This document shows positions 1 through 13,457 of a DNA stretch of 64,000 nt, in pieces (position 1 is the first letter of the stretch; each line of letters starts with the position of its first letter). The translations under genes were made by a program, and so were the position numbers. The DNA is from Laetmonice hystrix (Eukaryota). The DNA lies in assembly GCA_965235115.1 (NCBI GenBank), contig OZ249438.1, positions 22,320,001 to 22,384,000 on the forward strand, given 5' to 3'. The notes under the pieces were generated by a model that was given only the letters and a program-made list of their open reading frames with translations, did not search any database and was not told the DNA's origin.

Positions 1-569
1 ACCTGCAACCCAAACTTCCCCATGTTATACGTAACCATGAGTGGACCTGCAAACCAAACTTCCCCATGTTATACGTAACCAGGAGTGGACCTGCAAACCA
101 AACTTCCCCATATTATACGTAACCATGAGGGGACCTGCAAACCAAACTTCCCCATATTATACGTAACCATGAGTGGACCTGCAAACCAAACTTCCCCATG
201 CTATACGTAACCATGAGTGGACCTGCAAACCAAACTTCCCCATACGTAACCATGAGTGGACCTGCAAACCAAACTTCCCCATGTTATACGTAACCATGAG
301 TGGACCTGCAAACCAAACTTCCCCATGTTATACGTAACCATGAGTGGACCGGCAAACCAAACTTCCCCCTGTTATACGTAACCATGAGTGGACCAGCAAA
401 CCAAACTTCCCCATGTTATACGTAACCATGAGTAGACCTGCAAACCAAACTTCCCCATGTTATACGTAACCATGAGTGGACCTGCAAACCAAACTTCCCC
501 ATGCTATACGTAACCATGAGTGGACCAGCAAACCAAACTTCCCCATGTTATACGTAACCATGAGTGGAC
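1..569. repeat. 44-bp minisatellite, about 13 copies, probably continuing left of the window
   Basis: Unit ACCTGCAAACCAAACTTCCCCATGTTATACGTAACCATGAGTGG is read directly. One unit (about 221-259) has a 5-bp deletion. A degenerate unit follows at about 570-612. Confidence 0.97.
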
Positions 570-1694
570 CCAGCGACTCCAAGTTTTACCATGTTATACC
601 CTGACTGGACCGGAGGTGTAAGGTTCTCTAGGCGGTGTTTTTCCAGTGGACCTGCCATGTAAAGTTGGCGCATTCCGACTGCCGCTCGGGAGGCCCGTCT
701 TGTCAGAGAGAACAATAACAAGTGATGCGACTGGTTGGGAAACAAGCTGCGGTTGATCGGGCCTGGGATCGCACTGTTTAGGCCATGTGTCAAGTGGTGA
801 GCACAATGGACCTGGGTGTGTACATGCTCGGCCCCCTCGGCCTGGCCACTGCACCGCACGGCCCCACCGGTTGGAAGGACATTTTTTGCCCCTCGCCGCC
901 CCATGTGAAGCCCTGGTCACCATTGCGGCAACAACCCGTGTATATACATCTCCGTAAATGATCATAAATTGTGTTTATGGTGGCAGAAATGAGTGTGCCA
1001 TGTGCAAATGTATTGTTATACAGTGCCGTATCAATTTTATAAATGGTGTCGGGGCGGCGCAATGATGTGGCCACCTCATATTACGGCAGGTCGATAAACA
1101 TCATGTGCCGGCCCGGCCCGACAGTGGCCAAGGAATGGCAGCCGTTGCATAAAACAATGGGTGATGAAACACAGGCCCTAAACCTTCTCCCCACCGCCTC
1201 TTCCCATAACCCCCCGCCGCAGTCCCGCACCCCCTCCTGACCCCCACCCTACCCCCGCCCTTTCTACCCTCACCTCCATGCCGCTCACCCTGTCCAGTGA
1301 TGCCCGAGTTACAGGGTCCTGACACCCACGACTCCCTGTGTCCACCATTGATCCCCCAGCCCTCATGCTGGATCGCCTTGCCATTTGCCGCATCGTTTAT
1401 TGACATGGAGTACATGATGATCCTTGAGAGACCACTTGGGGATGAGCTCTCCATCAATTGACCAGCCGGATCGTCCCCAGGATCCATACCCCTCCGATCT
1501 CACCCCCATCTTCGCTCCCACACCCTAAACACCCCAACTCGGCGGATGGTCTCCACCATGGATTATCTGGACAGCGATCCCACCACTTAACCAGTCAGAG
1601 GCACTGATGAGAAGTTATTGAGTAGGTTCCTCCTGGAAACCCCTTACTCTCTCATACCTCCTCACACGGTTGACAGATTGCGTCTCTGTTTCAG

Positions 1695-1799
1695 ACTCAA
1701 GATGTAAAATAGACCCGGCATATTTATTCAGGCTGTCGAACGTCGAATTACCAGCACCTGGAGCGGAAATCGACAATCTGCCGCTAGGTGTCAGCACAG
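1695..1799 (+). CDS. Candidate internal coding exon (105 nt, phase 1-1), unknown product
   Basis: Acceptor cgtctctgtttcag| and donor CAG|gtacag. Only one frame is open: (D)SRCKIDPAYLFRLSNVELPAPGAEIDNLPLGVST. No homology recognised. Confidence 0.2.
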
Positions 1800-2009
1800 G
1801 TACAGATTAAAATACCAGTCAGGTGAAATTAGCGTGCTCAGACTGCTGCATTTGACCACAGTTGTTTTACTGTTTGTCCAAAAATACAACGTTTCCGTGG
1901 CAGTTAACTGGAATTCCTTTGTCTGCAATGGATGCGACACAATTACGTGTAACACACTGTCTTTTCAATACTTTTCCTGACGGCTTTAAGAAGCAGCACC
2001 GAGAGGAAA

Positions 2010-2498
2010 GTTGTGTTGGTCCCCCTACTCTTCTCCTCGCCTTCAAACAGTGATCGTGCTGATGTTGTGTTGGTCCCCCTACTCCTCGCCTTCAAACCGT
2101 GATCGTGCTGATGTTGTGTTGGCCCCCCTTCTCCTCGCCTTCAAACAGTGATCGTGCTGATGTTGTGTTGGTCCCCCTACTCCTCGCCTTCAAACAGTGA
2201 TCGTGCTGATGTTGTGTTGGTCCCCCAACTTCTCGCCTTCAAACAGTGATGTTGTGTTGGTCCCCCTACTCCTCGCCTTCAAACAGTGATCGTGCTGATG
2301 TTGTGTTGGTCCCCCTACTCCTCGCCTTCAAACAGTGATCGTGCTGATGTTGTGTTGGTCTCCTACTCCTCGCCTTCAAACAGTGATCGTGCTGATGTTG
2401 TGTTGATCCCCCTTCTCCTCGCTTTCAAACAGTGATCGTGCTGATGTTGTGTTGGTCCCCCTACTCCTCGCCTTCAAACAGTGATCGTGCTGATGTTG
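2010..2498. repeat. 49-bp minisatellite, 10 copies
   Basis: Unit GTTGTGTTGGTCCCCCTACTCCTCGCCTTCAAACAGTGATCGTGCTGAT. Unit 1 has a 4-bp insertion and unit 5 has a 10-bp deletion. Confidence 0.97.
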
Positions 2499-3823
2499 AA
2501 GGCGTGGTTTTATCAGTCGATACTGGGACGTCACCGAGACCAGGGATAAGTAAAGCTGACGGTACTTGTTGCGTACGTCTCTGACTTGACCGCAGGAACG
2601 ACTTCTATAAAAGAAGTGAGAAACGCATCTCTACCATCCACTAATGCATTACAAGGCCGACGGGAAAAACATCGCCAGAGTTCACACGGCTAGCTGCTTG
2701 CTAGCTGTTATATGATCATGTGAGGCAAAAGGGCTCCCACATTACCTACCTGCCCTACTGTGCCTGCCCCGAGGTTGGATTACATAAGGAATGGCGCGCG
2801 GCTCACTTCAAGCAAAATGTTAATTAATCCGCGCCACTCTGCAGGCAGAAAGGTCCACTTGCCTTGTTTTCATCCTCACACAAATTCATTAGAAAATTTG
2901 ACCAAATCACGTGCCCTAACGAGGATCAAAGGCAACCTATACAGGTGTTTCCGGTTTGAAGGCATCTTTTCATTAAGAATGATGTTAAATTAATAAGACT
3001 GTAGGCGACGAAAGAGCCGCGGATACTCCTGTGAATTTATATCAGTGACCTTAAACGCTATCCCTCTTTGATTATGTCTGATCCTGGGTCCGTCCGAGGG
3101 CAGGCATCATTAGAGTGATCCTATGTCTTGGATGACACTGGCTCATCTGCATACCCACCCCATCCCTCTTGTATAATGAGAGGCGCCTGATCAATGGACG
3201 CAATGACAAGGCGCCATCCACCAATTGCCGGCGGCTTAGCCACGCTGACATGGCCGCAGCAGGCCGCGTTACAGCGGATCTCAAGCCTAGGACAGACACT
3301 CGCCCGATATAATCAGGTTTATCTCCCGGAGCTTTGATGGTAACATCTGAATGAGATTTCTTAAATGCCACTAAAGGATTTGCACATTAGTTGTAATTGA
3401 CTTTGAGTCGTCATTCGCCTCTGATGTTGTAACCATAGCCAGGGTTGTGCAGAGCGCCAAAAGCTATGTCAGACAGTCTGCTTACTCCCTATGTCTTTTG
3501 CGTATATAGCATGATTAAAGCCAATGTCAAAAGGGTGGAAAAAAGACCCGGTTGTTCATTAGCTGTGTAGGCATTGTGAGGCCCTCTCAAAGAACAATAG
3601 TCCTGGCTAGATTTGATACACAGGTCTTCTCCTTCAAACACATTGTTGAGTCATTAAGTATGTTCTGAGGCACTGTGATAGCCTGAACCTTCTCCAATGT
3701 ACAACGCCAAAGGTCGGGTATTTGTACCTGGACCACTGTTAGCACAAGTAATAAGTTTGTGTGCGGCTCTCACTCAAGGTAAAACAATGGCTAGCCAGCA
3801 CTGGTTGTGGCCGCACGTTTGGT

Positions 3824-3925
3824 GGAGAGAACGAGAGGGGGAGAGGGAGAGGGAGAGGGAGAGCAGGGAGAGAGAGAGCAGAGAGAGAGAGAGAGAGTGG
3901 GAGAGCAGAGAGCGAGAGAGAGAGG
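3824..3925. repeat. (GA)n/(GGGAGA)n purine microsatellite
   Basis: Directly visible. It explains the ERERE- and SLSLS-type ORFs at 3697-4207. Confidence 0.95.
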
Positions 3926-6900
3926 TCCACTGGGCTGGCTGTCAGTGTGGCTGTGACAGACAAGGTTAGTATGGCGGGCAGTGTCTCCACACGGGGCGAT
4001 CCTCCCACTGTGTGTCCTCGGCTGTCCTTGGGATGTTGTCCTCGGGCGAGCTTTGATGTGGCCTACACCTGACCGTGTGGGTGGGAGGGTGTATTGGTAG
4101 CGAGAACAGCCGACCTTTGGATCCCTCCGACCATCGCCCTCCCTCCCTCCCCGTCCTCTATATAAAATCAGAGTGGTCTTGATCCCCCCTCCACCCCCTT
4201 GGATCATTGGCCGCGTTGGTCACAGTGACCTTGTCCAGTCCCCCCCAGTTCTGTGACCCCACTGTGCCGTTATACCGCATGGCTCGTCATGCTCACCACG
4301 CTTCCCAACAGGTAGAACTCAGCCTTCACCAGGACTGACCCTCGCCTGACCCGGAGTGACCGACTTAGACCCGGCAGACGGTGGGGTCCAGTCGGTCTGC
4401 CCTCGGTGTGCTACGGATGCTACACGAGTCCTGTCTGATCTCTCTGGTACTGCTCGTGCATACTGTAGGGGCGACCTGCTATATCTAATCATGTACTATA
4501 GTCTATCAAAGTATGGAGGGGGGGTCTAACTTTTGCAGACAACTCCCCTGATCTACACAGGTAGCTCTTTATCAACCCTCATCAGAGGGATCGCGTCCAG
4601 TGTCAGCGTCACCATCTGGTCTGCCTCCAGTCTTGGCCACCTCATGCACTGACCGGCCAGTTTTAGCGCCCTGCTGTCATGTTGAAGTCGCCTCTATTCT
4701 TGTCATACGGGGGCGACCTGCCAGTGTACCAACGGACACCAAGGCTGTAGCCAGTGGCGCGGCCATTCCAGTTGTGCCCAGGTCATATTTCCAGCCCTCT
4801 GCTCTGGACAGCGTAATCCAAGCCACACAGCAGTTGGTCATATTTCACATGGCGCGCGTGATTATATACACATCATTGTGGTCAAGGGACACAGTCCAGG
4901 CCTATTACAGCTGACACGAGAAGTATGGTGGCCGGTCGATTGGCATGGTGGCTTATTGATTATTATAACTGGAATCTATCACTGGCCAGCGCTGACCCAA
5001 AGTGACCGCTACAGCCACCCACTCCACCAACCCCCACCTCGACCCCTCCCAACCAGCGGGTCACAAATCCCAGCGATGGCAGGAATGGTCAGTCAGTGGT
5101 TTCTGATCTATGCCAAGGTCAGCGGTCAGTGGTTCTCTGTTGACCAGCTGTCCTGGAAACGAGCTGACCAAAGCCTGACCTCTGGGTCCCTGATAGGAAA
5201 AGTCTTCCTACCGACACTCATCCCTGACCCCCCCCCCCCCTTCACCCTCCCACAGGACTGCTACATGTTGACCGTGGAACCACTGACCCGATTTTTCACC
5301 ACTGCTCCCAGCTTCAAAGAGGCTGACCAACCGAGTGGTAATTTGAATAGGTACCAGACTAGACATGGGCCATGAGGACCGGCCAGTCGCCCCACCGTCT
5401 GCCCCCGGCCTGATCTTGTGAGGGGAAGGGGGTCGCAGACAGACAGGCTGACCAGACAGCATGATGCATGGAGGCGGTCAGTTTGAGGGCATACCGTTTA
5501 GGACGTGACTGGCCGAGTGGTCAGCCTGACCTCTGACCGGTCGGCTGGGGCCACAGAGGCTTGTGATAGTGATCAGCGGCCGGAGACCGTCCAGGCCAAT
5601 CGGTCAGTCTGACCACAGTGGCCGGGGCACCCGTTAATCTTCCCACCCGAGACCCCAGATAGCCAGTTGGTCTCCTGGCTGACCGACAAATAGATACTAG
5701 CCATCCTTGCTAGATGTCCCGTCGGTCCTCCCAGCCGTACATATACATATACAATGTAGTATCTTGACCTTCTAGAGGGAACTGTCCCGATACGGAAGCA
5801 GGGTCCCCCACACAGTAATAGTATTCAATCCATGTATAGTGTGGCGTATTTTGAAGAGGCTTATGGCGCCCTTGGATCCTGATAAGTGTAATGGAACTGC
5901 CCTCACTCCCTTTGATATCCGATGCCAATCCCCTCTGTTCAAAACCAGGATCTTGATACCATTTCACCCCTGCTAATAAATGAAAGAGAAACGATAGGAA
6001 ACATATAGAAATACAGGCAAAACACATCCGACTTTTTGCTGTAGCACATGAGCAAGGCCACAAGGTCACTCCACATTTCTGGCACCAGGTCCCGCTTCCA
6101 GACCGTGAGATTGCACTGGACGTCGTATGTCAGCCCCCCCCCCCCCTGCGAGCTGGGTTAAACAGACTTGACCCCTACAATGAGAAACCAGCACCTCGTG
6201 TGATGTCGGGTTGGAGGGTCCAGGTATAATCCAATACATATATTTGCTATCCACTCCCTAAGCCTTACGTCACATTACACACATTCCACCAGCAGAACCT
6301 ATTAAGTCCCCCTTCTAGGTCCAGACCAGTGACATCATCTCCAAAGTTGACCCTCTCCCCTTCCAATGTCTTCTCCCTTTGGGCGATGACAAAAGCAAAG
6401 AAGCCGGAGATATACATTCGCCTTGATGTTTATTCTTAACAAATATGGACAAGTTCTCTGAACCCTTCTGTCATGCTGGGCACTTTCTGTTCTTTTTTAA
6501 GTCGGGTAAACATGTAGTTTTTCCTATTCAAACGCTGGCCTGTGACTCAATGGTTCAGGGCTATAATGTTGCTGGGTTACCTGAAATGGGTGTGCCCCTT
6601 TCCATTATTCACCTATTCCCCTCTGAGCTATTAAATCCCTGAGGAGTCCGGGGGCTGGTCAGCGCCACGGCTCTGGACAATGTCACTTATTATCCCATTG
6701 GCTTTTGGCCAACTTGGGCTTGACCACTGCTGGCGCTCCGCGGACAGAGGCGGTGAAATATGGCGGTGCACTGTGCACCAGCATAGTTCCACTTGCCGCC
6801 GCACATTATGTGACGGCACCTGTGCAAACTACAAGCTTTGGTCCTTTGAGGCGCTGACCACCGCGGTGCCTGCGTTGACAAAGCTATCTCGGTCAACCTC

Positions 6901-8647
6901 GGCCTGCTCCATTATGGGTGCATGTTTACATCGACACCGACACTTTATTATCGCGCCATCCGTCGGTGAGACCTAGCTCCTGTGGTGAGGGTGGGGGTTG
7001 GGGGTGGTACTGTGTCCACCATATCGCACCGTGACCATTGCCGAGGCGCCCGTCATCATGTCTCGTTGACGTCCACGCCAATATTCCATGCTGCCCGCAG
7101 CATATGACAAGCAGGTGTGTTTGTTGATGTCTCATCTGCCTTCCCGGTGCAGCATTCACCGTCCAAGATGAGGAGTACCTGTGGGTGTTTGTATCTCTCT
7201 CTCCCTTTCTATAACCAACCAGACTATAACCAGGTGATATGTCGGTGTGTAAGCGAGAGAAAGTTCGGAGATGGCCGGCTGGGTGTGCCGGGTGAGCTGT
7301 GATTTAATCCTCTAAGTCCATTCTGGCACGTGTTATGTCCATCAGAATAATGACCGGCCTGCCAGGTTTTCTATCTCCGCCTCCACATCTCAGCCACTGA
7401 GATGTAACCTAGCAACACCCACCTGACAAAGGCATCCGCTGCTTCCTGCTCGCCTGTTGAAAGTATCCTCAGTGCATGCAGGAGTCAGACATGGTGTCTT
7501 GAGACGGTCCCCCGGTGAGACTTGTGTCCTCAATACCGACCGTCCAATGCCGACTTCCAGGACATTCACACAAACCATGTGGCCATTTCGCGAGAGTGCT
7601 TTTCAAGACTACTAAAAAAGTTCCATCTCAGATCAGCCTCGACTATAATGTCTCGAATAACTCCTTTATTACACGATTACCCAAACATGCATTTCTTTAA
7701 TGAAATCTTCGACCATCGCCGCTGCCGCCAGACCACTGGCGGTATACCATTACCGTATATAAAGCCCAGACTGACCACTGCCCTACGTCCAAGGTCAACT
7801 TGATCAACGACCCCTGACTATGATCCATCAGTGTGCCTGGCTGCAGCCAGTAGTTTATCTCATCATTTCCCTATGAACACTTACAGAGAAGGGGTGACCA
7901 CTCAGGAAGATGGCCTAATGACGTTGATTAAATCAGCCTTTCTGCCAGGTGCTTTCCGCTGGCCAAATGGCCACAAGACAGAGGCGGCCATTGTGCACAG
8001 CACCAACACACTCCCAGCATGCTTTCAAACATGTCACTTGTAAGTGGCCATAAGCCAGTTACGGGAGCGCCTATCGGCGCAATCAGCACTGCCCACCGTG
8101 CGATTATGGCATAAATTTGCATACACCCGTTTGTGGTATCCACCGACTTAATTGCAGGTCGTCGTGCCCACTATACAGGAAGAAAACAATGGAACAATGA
8201 TTAATTTGCCTAAGTTGTGCCAACTGGGCCCGGCCGATGCACTTTGTGAAGTGCTAAGTGCAGCCATCGAGCAACGATCAATCAATGCCCGTGCCGTGTC
8301 CTTGCTTTCATACGCAACCTAATCACCACTAAGCCCCGCGTACGTTAAGACAATGCTCGACAACGCCCGCCCGCTGCCACCATTTCTGATACGCTTGAGC
8401 CATCTTCATTGGGGCCCTCGGTGGACATTCTGCCACCTATTGTGATTATCATCTCTAGACCGCCCCCGCCTCCGTCAGGAAAAACTTTGTTAGTGTAGTG
8501 CGGAGACTGCCCCCCCCCCCCACACACACACACCATCCCATGCGTGCATCCGTTTCCAATTCTCCGAGCAACTCGCTATCTATGCCAAGTGACCTCTCTG
8601 ACCGTGCCATAGTGCTCGATTTGAAGACGTCGGTCGCCTAGATCAGA

Positions 8648-8683
8648 GCCAATCGCAATACTGTCCAAATGACACGCCAATCG
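8648..8683 (+). promoter_or_regulatory. Tandem CCAAT (NF-Y-like) boxes 28 bp apart
   Basis: GCCAATCG at 8648-8655 and at 8676-8683. Motif match only. Confidence 0.25.
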
Positions 8684-11114
8684 TATGAGGCGTTCCCCTG
8701 ACAACCTAACGTCCACAACTGGACACTGGGCTTTACCAGTTAATTGTTGGCGGAGCCAGGTCGTGATCCCTAGTCACTAGGATTCCCCCCGGTCCCCACA
8801 ACCCCCCTCCCCGACCGACAACCAGGCCAGCACGTCACACGTCTGACAGCCTCATTTTCTCTTGTCTTGTTCTCTGCCTGACCTCTGTATCCTGAAGACA
8901 AGGTCCGTGCGCGGACTTAGCCGGGATCGCCTGGACTGGACAATAGCCGCCGTGTCAGTGGCCACTACCTCGGCTGATTGCGTGTTGGAGCGGTCAGTGC
9001 CACTGCCGCCCCCTGACAACTTCATCTCAACACTCGATCTCAATGGTCATCTCCTTCACATCATCCCTGTCCACACGGCAACGCTGCTTCATCGAGGGCG
9101 TGGGCGTCGGTCAGCTGTGTGTCCTCAGACCGGGGTCTGGCCCTGAGACGGAGGGCATCGTGAGGACAGCCTCACACACAGACGTTTCAGGCTCTCAGAT
9201 ACCCCCCACCCACCCACCCACACCAACCTGGGTCCTAACGTATACATAGAACTGTCTCCTCGTGTGGCCGCCAGCCCAGATGGCAATCAGTGAACCGTGA
9301 CGGGTAGAGAAACACAGCCGTTAGGATTGTCAGTGGAGACGGCGACCACTTGGGCTGGGAGGAACAGATGGACCGTTGAAGGATTGAGGGTAAGCATGCG
9401 GGCCCTCACCTTTTGATCTTACCCCCTTATTTTGACGTTCTTGGCTACGGTTACCCCCCCCCCCCACACACACACACACTTGCCAGGTGCAGTTTCGCCG
9501 CTTGCTCTCCATAAGGCGGAGAGCAGTGTGACCTCAGCTGAGGTCATCCGTCTCACTTCAATATCGGCGTACCTTTTCTTGGCCTTCTCAGGTCATCGGT
9601 TACCAGAACACGCCTTCGCTTAGCTATCCAATGTTCACCCTCAATCTGGCCGCGAAAAGCTTATCTATGATTGGATAGCTTTCAGTGGATTAGTGTCACT
9701 CTTGATGACCAAAGTGATTAGAGTTTGAGGATTTGCATGTCAATGGTCATTTAGATTAAAGAGGCGTCTTCCACCCTGATCCCGGTGGTAGTTTGGCTAG
9801 CGACTCCTTCAAGAGTCTTCCAAGGGACGCTAACTAGAATGGTCATTGTGATAATAGGGCAATAAGGGATGCTTGGGCCTTCCTCCTCTACTGAGGAAGC
9901 TATGATTCCCTCATGGGTTCCTGACATGCAACCATCAAGTTGCTGATTTAAATCAAAATTTAACTATGGAAATTGAGGCCGTGAATAGAGTAGCTTGTGA
10001 CTCTCATGAATGCTAATGGTTGTCTGCGGAAATGCGTTGTTGTGCTGAGCCTCACTGTATGCATCATTGAGGGGCATGTGGGAGATGAGGGTTTGCACTG
10101 GGAGTTGGACAAGTTTGCGATGACCAATTGATGATTAATAATAATGGCCGGAGACTGAAGCCAGCAGGAGCAATAACAATGGCCCCGCGGTGTCTGGCAA
10201 CAAACAAGCGGCACACATCCTCCATCCTGCTCCCCCCCTCCTGGTCACCCCTCCCTCCCACCCCCACCCCCTGCCATGATGCCGACTGTCTCCTCCTGCA
10301 CCCGTCTGTCCCACTGACCAGCCTCTTCATCCCGGACGTGAGGTCAAGCTCGCTCGGTGAGTGGCCGCCGATCACGCCGGCCCCGGACGGACGGACGGTC
10401 GGCCGACCGCTATAGTTACTCACTTTATCCGCCGGCCCCTGGCCGACCGTCACTGCCCCCTGTCAGGGTCCTGACAAGCCAATTTCGGACCCAGCCTTCC
10501 CTGTGAACCATCACACATCCCTGCTCATCGAGTGGCGGCCACCACCGCCAGCCACATCAATGTACATGTCTGCTCGTGGCCAAATTGACCACGCAAGGCT
10601 CCGTCTCAGGACAGGTTAATTACCCTCGACTTACCAACAAAGGCATAAATGCATGGCTATTCAGGGTCCTGGCAGGGATGCTTCGGGCTGGTTTATGTGG
10701 CTCTTGTCCAGGTTCATGGAAGGACCCGTTCTCATTTCAGGGTCTGGCCAGCTGGCCGGCTTCGCCACTGATGGCATGTGCTGTGGAGGCAAGCCAGCCT
10801 GAGGCACTGGCATGATTGGCCGTCTAACGCTGGACAAGGGCTGAGGGCATGGACTTAATTGTGCTGGCATCATTCATTGCCCCTCACAAATACTATGTGT
10901 GCTTGTATGTGTGCAGAGCGCAGCGATATTTTCCCCTACAGACATGTCATGTCCACCGAGATAGGCTGACCATTGTGCCCGCCCAGACCTCGGGTCTGAA
11001 TTGAAGGGTAGAGGTATAGAAGGGGTTCGAGGGAGCATTTACAGATCAGATAGCATTTCTTCCCTCTGGCAGCTGAATCATCAGCCAGCTCATGTCATGG
11101 GAGGTGACCAGTGT

Positions 11115-11130
11115 CATTTATGATTTATGA
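11115..11130 (+). promoter_or_regulatory. Pbx-Hox composite site TGATTTATGA with an overlapping TTTATG
   Basis: CATTTATGATTTATGA, flanked by TGTCAT and TGTCAG (Meis/TALE-like) within about 30 bp. Motif match only. Confidence 0.35.
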
Positions 11131-13446
11131 ATGCATGTCAGCTACATGCTGCTTGCGCTGCTGACCAGCGATGGCCGTGCCAACGCTACAATGGCAGTGG
11201 CGACAATGGCTACCCGCGGGGCTCCTTATTAATGCTCGCCATGCCACCCAGCAATTTCCTAATGCCCTCTGAAAGAAGCATTGTGACTGCACTCAGCAGT
11301 CATGTCAAACTATATCTCCGGCCTTCCATGTCTTGTTACACCTGGTGAGATAGTTGACGTCCTTGTCTCCGTCCCACGGTGGTATAACCCCAGCCAGGTA
11401 CAAACACCTTCATTGTCACGTCCGGCCGGTCCACAACGTCCACCGTATCGACCTTAAGAGTTAAGAACGGGATAAGGCTACTTGGCTTAACTCCATCTCC
11501 CTCTGGCTCTTTCTCCACTAGTCTCGCCGCACATTTTGGTCAAGATGACAAGGGAAAGCAGACCAGTGATCAATGACCCTGTTCGACACAGTGACCACTT
11601 GCTAGTTATCCACGCTAAGGCACGAGGCTATTTGCGGGCAAATAAGTGAGAGAGCCTTGGGTGTCAATCGTTAAGTGTCACCTCGACCATTGGACATTGT
11701 GTCCGGCGCCCGACTTTCTTGCAGCCGCTGGCTGTTTTATTCCCCACATGAACTGGTATGTTTCGATGCTGCGAGCGGCCAGAGCCTTCTAATAAGAGCA
11801 GCCCAGTCTGGCGGCCCAATCCTGTATGGCCAATTGAATGTCACCGACCATGTTAGTGTCCAGCGCTCTATGATTGCCTAATGGGACATTGCGGCTGGCG
11901 TGCCGCTGGCAATCAGGGCTGTGTCCAGCAGCCGCCTAGCACCATCCGATCACGGCCGCTCGCTGGCATGTGTCCACTTTGATGTGCGCCTGCAACTCTT
12001 GGCCAGGTGAGATCCTAAAGGTTGCTACAGCAGCAGCAGTAGCAGGCTTGTCAGGCGAGCTTGTAGTCATGCCAGGGGCGGTGGCGGCTATCGTCCGCCC
12101 AGCCCCGGCTCTGGCCCCGGCCGGCCCCGTCCACCGCCTGCCAGTCGTGTCCACTGTCTGTAATTAACCCCAAGATTACATGGCGATTGCTGGTCTAACC
12201 GCCGCTTGCCGGGGCCTCGCAAACCGGATAATGGCCTGCGACAGGAGAGGCAAGATTCCGGCGATGGGTTAAGCGTGCGTCTGACCTGAAACAAGCGGAT
12301 TGGATTGAGTTGCCACACCACTTAATGGGCAAAACAAGCTGATTGAGGAAGATTTAGCCCTGATAAGCAGCCTGCTCACTGTCCAGACGGATTGAGGCAA
12401 TTGAGGGCAACACGGCGGGCGCTGGGAGCAATCAGAGGGGGCTGGGCGGCCAGCAAGGTGCTGCACCGTCAACTGATGGATGGCCACGTACAGTCCACCC
12501 AGCAGTATATGTAAACCGGCCATCCTACACACAAAACAACCCGCAAATAACAGGACAAACAGATATCTATCTCAGACAATCGTCAGAATGACGAAGCAGG
12601 TTTTTCGGATTGGGAGTGCAAAGCCGAAGGAATGAGTCTGTGGACTTAACAATCGGTCACGGACAAATGGACAAATGTAGGTTCCTGAAGAGGTTGTAGG
12701 CATCGACCATGACGACCACCGACGACTTAATAAATGTCCTTTCTCCCCGAGCTCCGTGACTGACAGCTTCTACACCGGGCTAACAATTAGTTTGGGCAAG
12801 GGTAAACTCTCCTCTTAACAGACAGATACCACAATAAGAAGTGTATCTTTGGAATTTGACTTACTCTTCACACAATGAGAGGTAGAATGGTTAAAAGGTA
12901 ATAAAACATCTATAACAGAAAGTACCTTGGACAGTTCAATGAAGAGATGGACAATTAAAGATTTCATCAGACATAATCAACCGAGCGGGTAGTTTCAAAT
13001 GTTCCATAATAGTGCATTTTAACCATTCTTCCTATTACGTACAGTTTAACTAACCTAGTGAGGCATTGAGCTTAATGACAGACATGGAAGTTCAGCATCA
13101 TCAATTCAAATATTGACCAGTTAGTGTAGGAAAGCCGGGCCCTTCCGAACCGTTATGTGGCATTTTGTGGCTTACTGACGATATTTAAACGCTATTTCCA
13201 GTCAGAGGGACTCATCTGCATAGGAGTTGAGTTTGACACTTGAAATAGCATAGAAATAGATATGACAATTTCTAAGAAGCAACGTAAAGGCTTGGCTGGG
13301 AGAGAAGTGTTGGCTGTTCCCCCTACCTCCCTCTACACGGCTCACTGTGAATGGTGTCTGTGTCAGCGTCATGCATGAAGGACGTAGCATGGAGATTATA
13401 AGGCAGGCCGTAGTGTTGTCCCCCAGACGTGCATGGCTGGCCCGCC

Positions 13447-13457
13447 GTCATAAATCA
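13447..13457 (-). promoter_or_regulatory. Pbx-Hox composite site TGATTTATGAC
   Basis: GTCATAAATCA on the + strand. Motif match only. Confidence 0.35.

Noticed and set aside
5770-5969. Minus-strand exon candidate VKWYQDPGFEQRG..., faintly like a beta/gamma-crystallin motif
   Set aside because: The acceptor is good, but the donor is weak and the downstream crystallin residues are absent.
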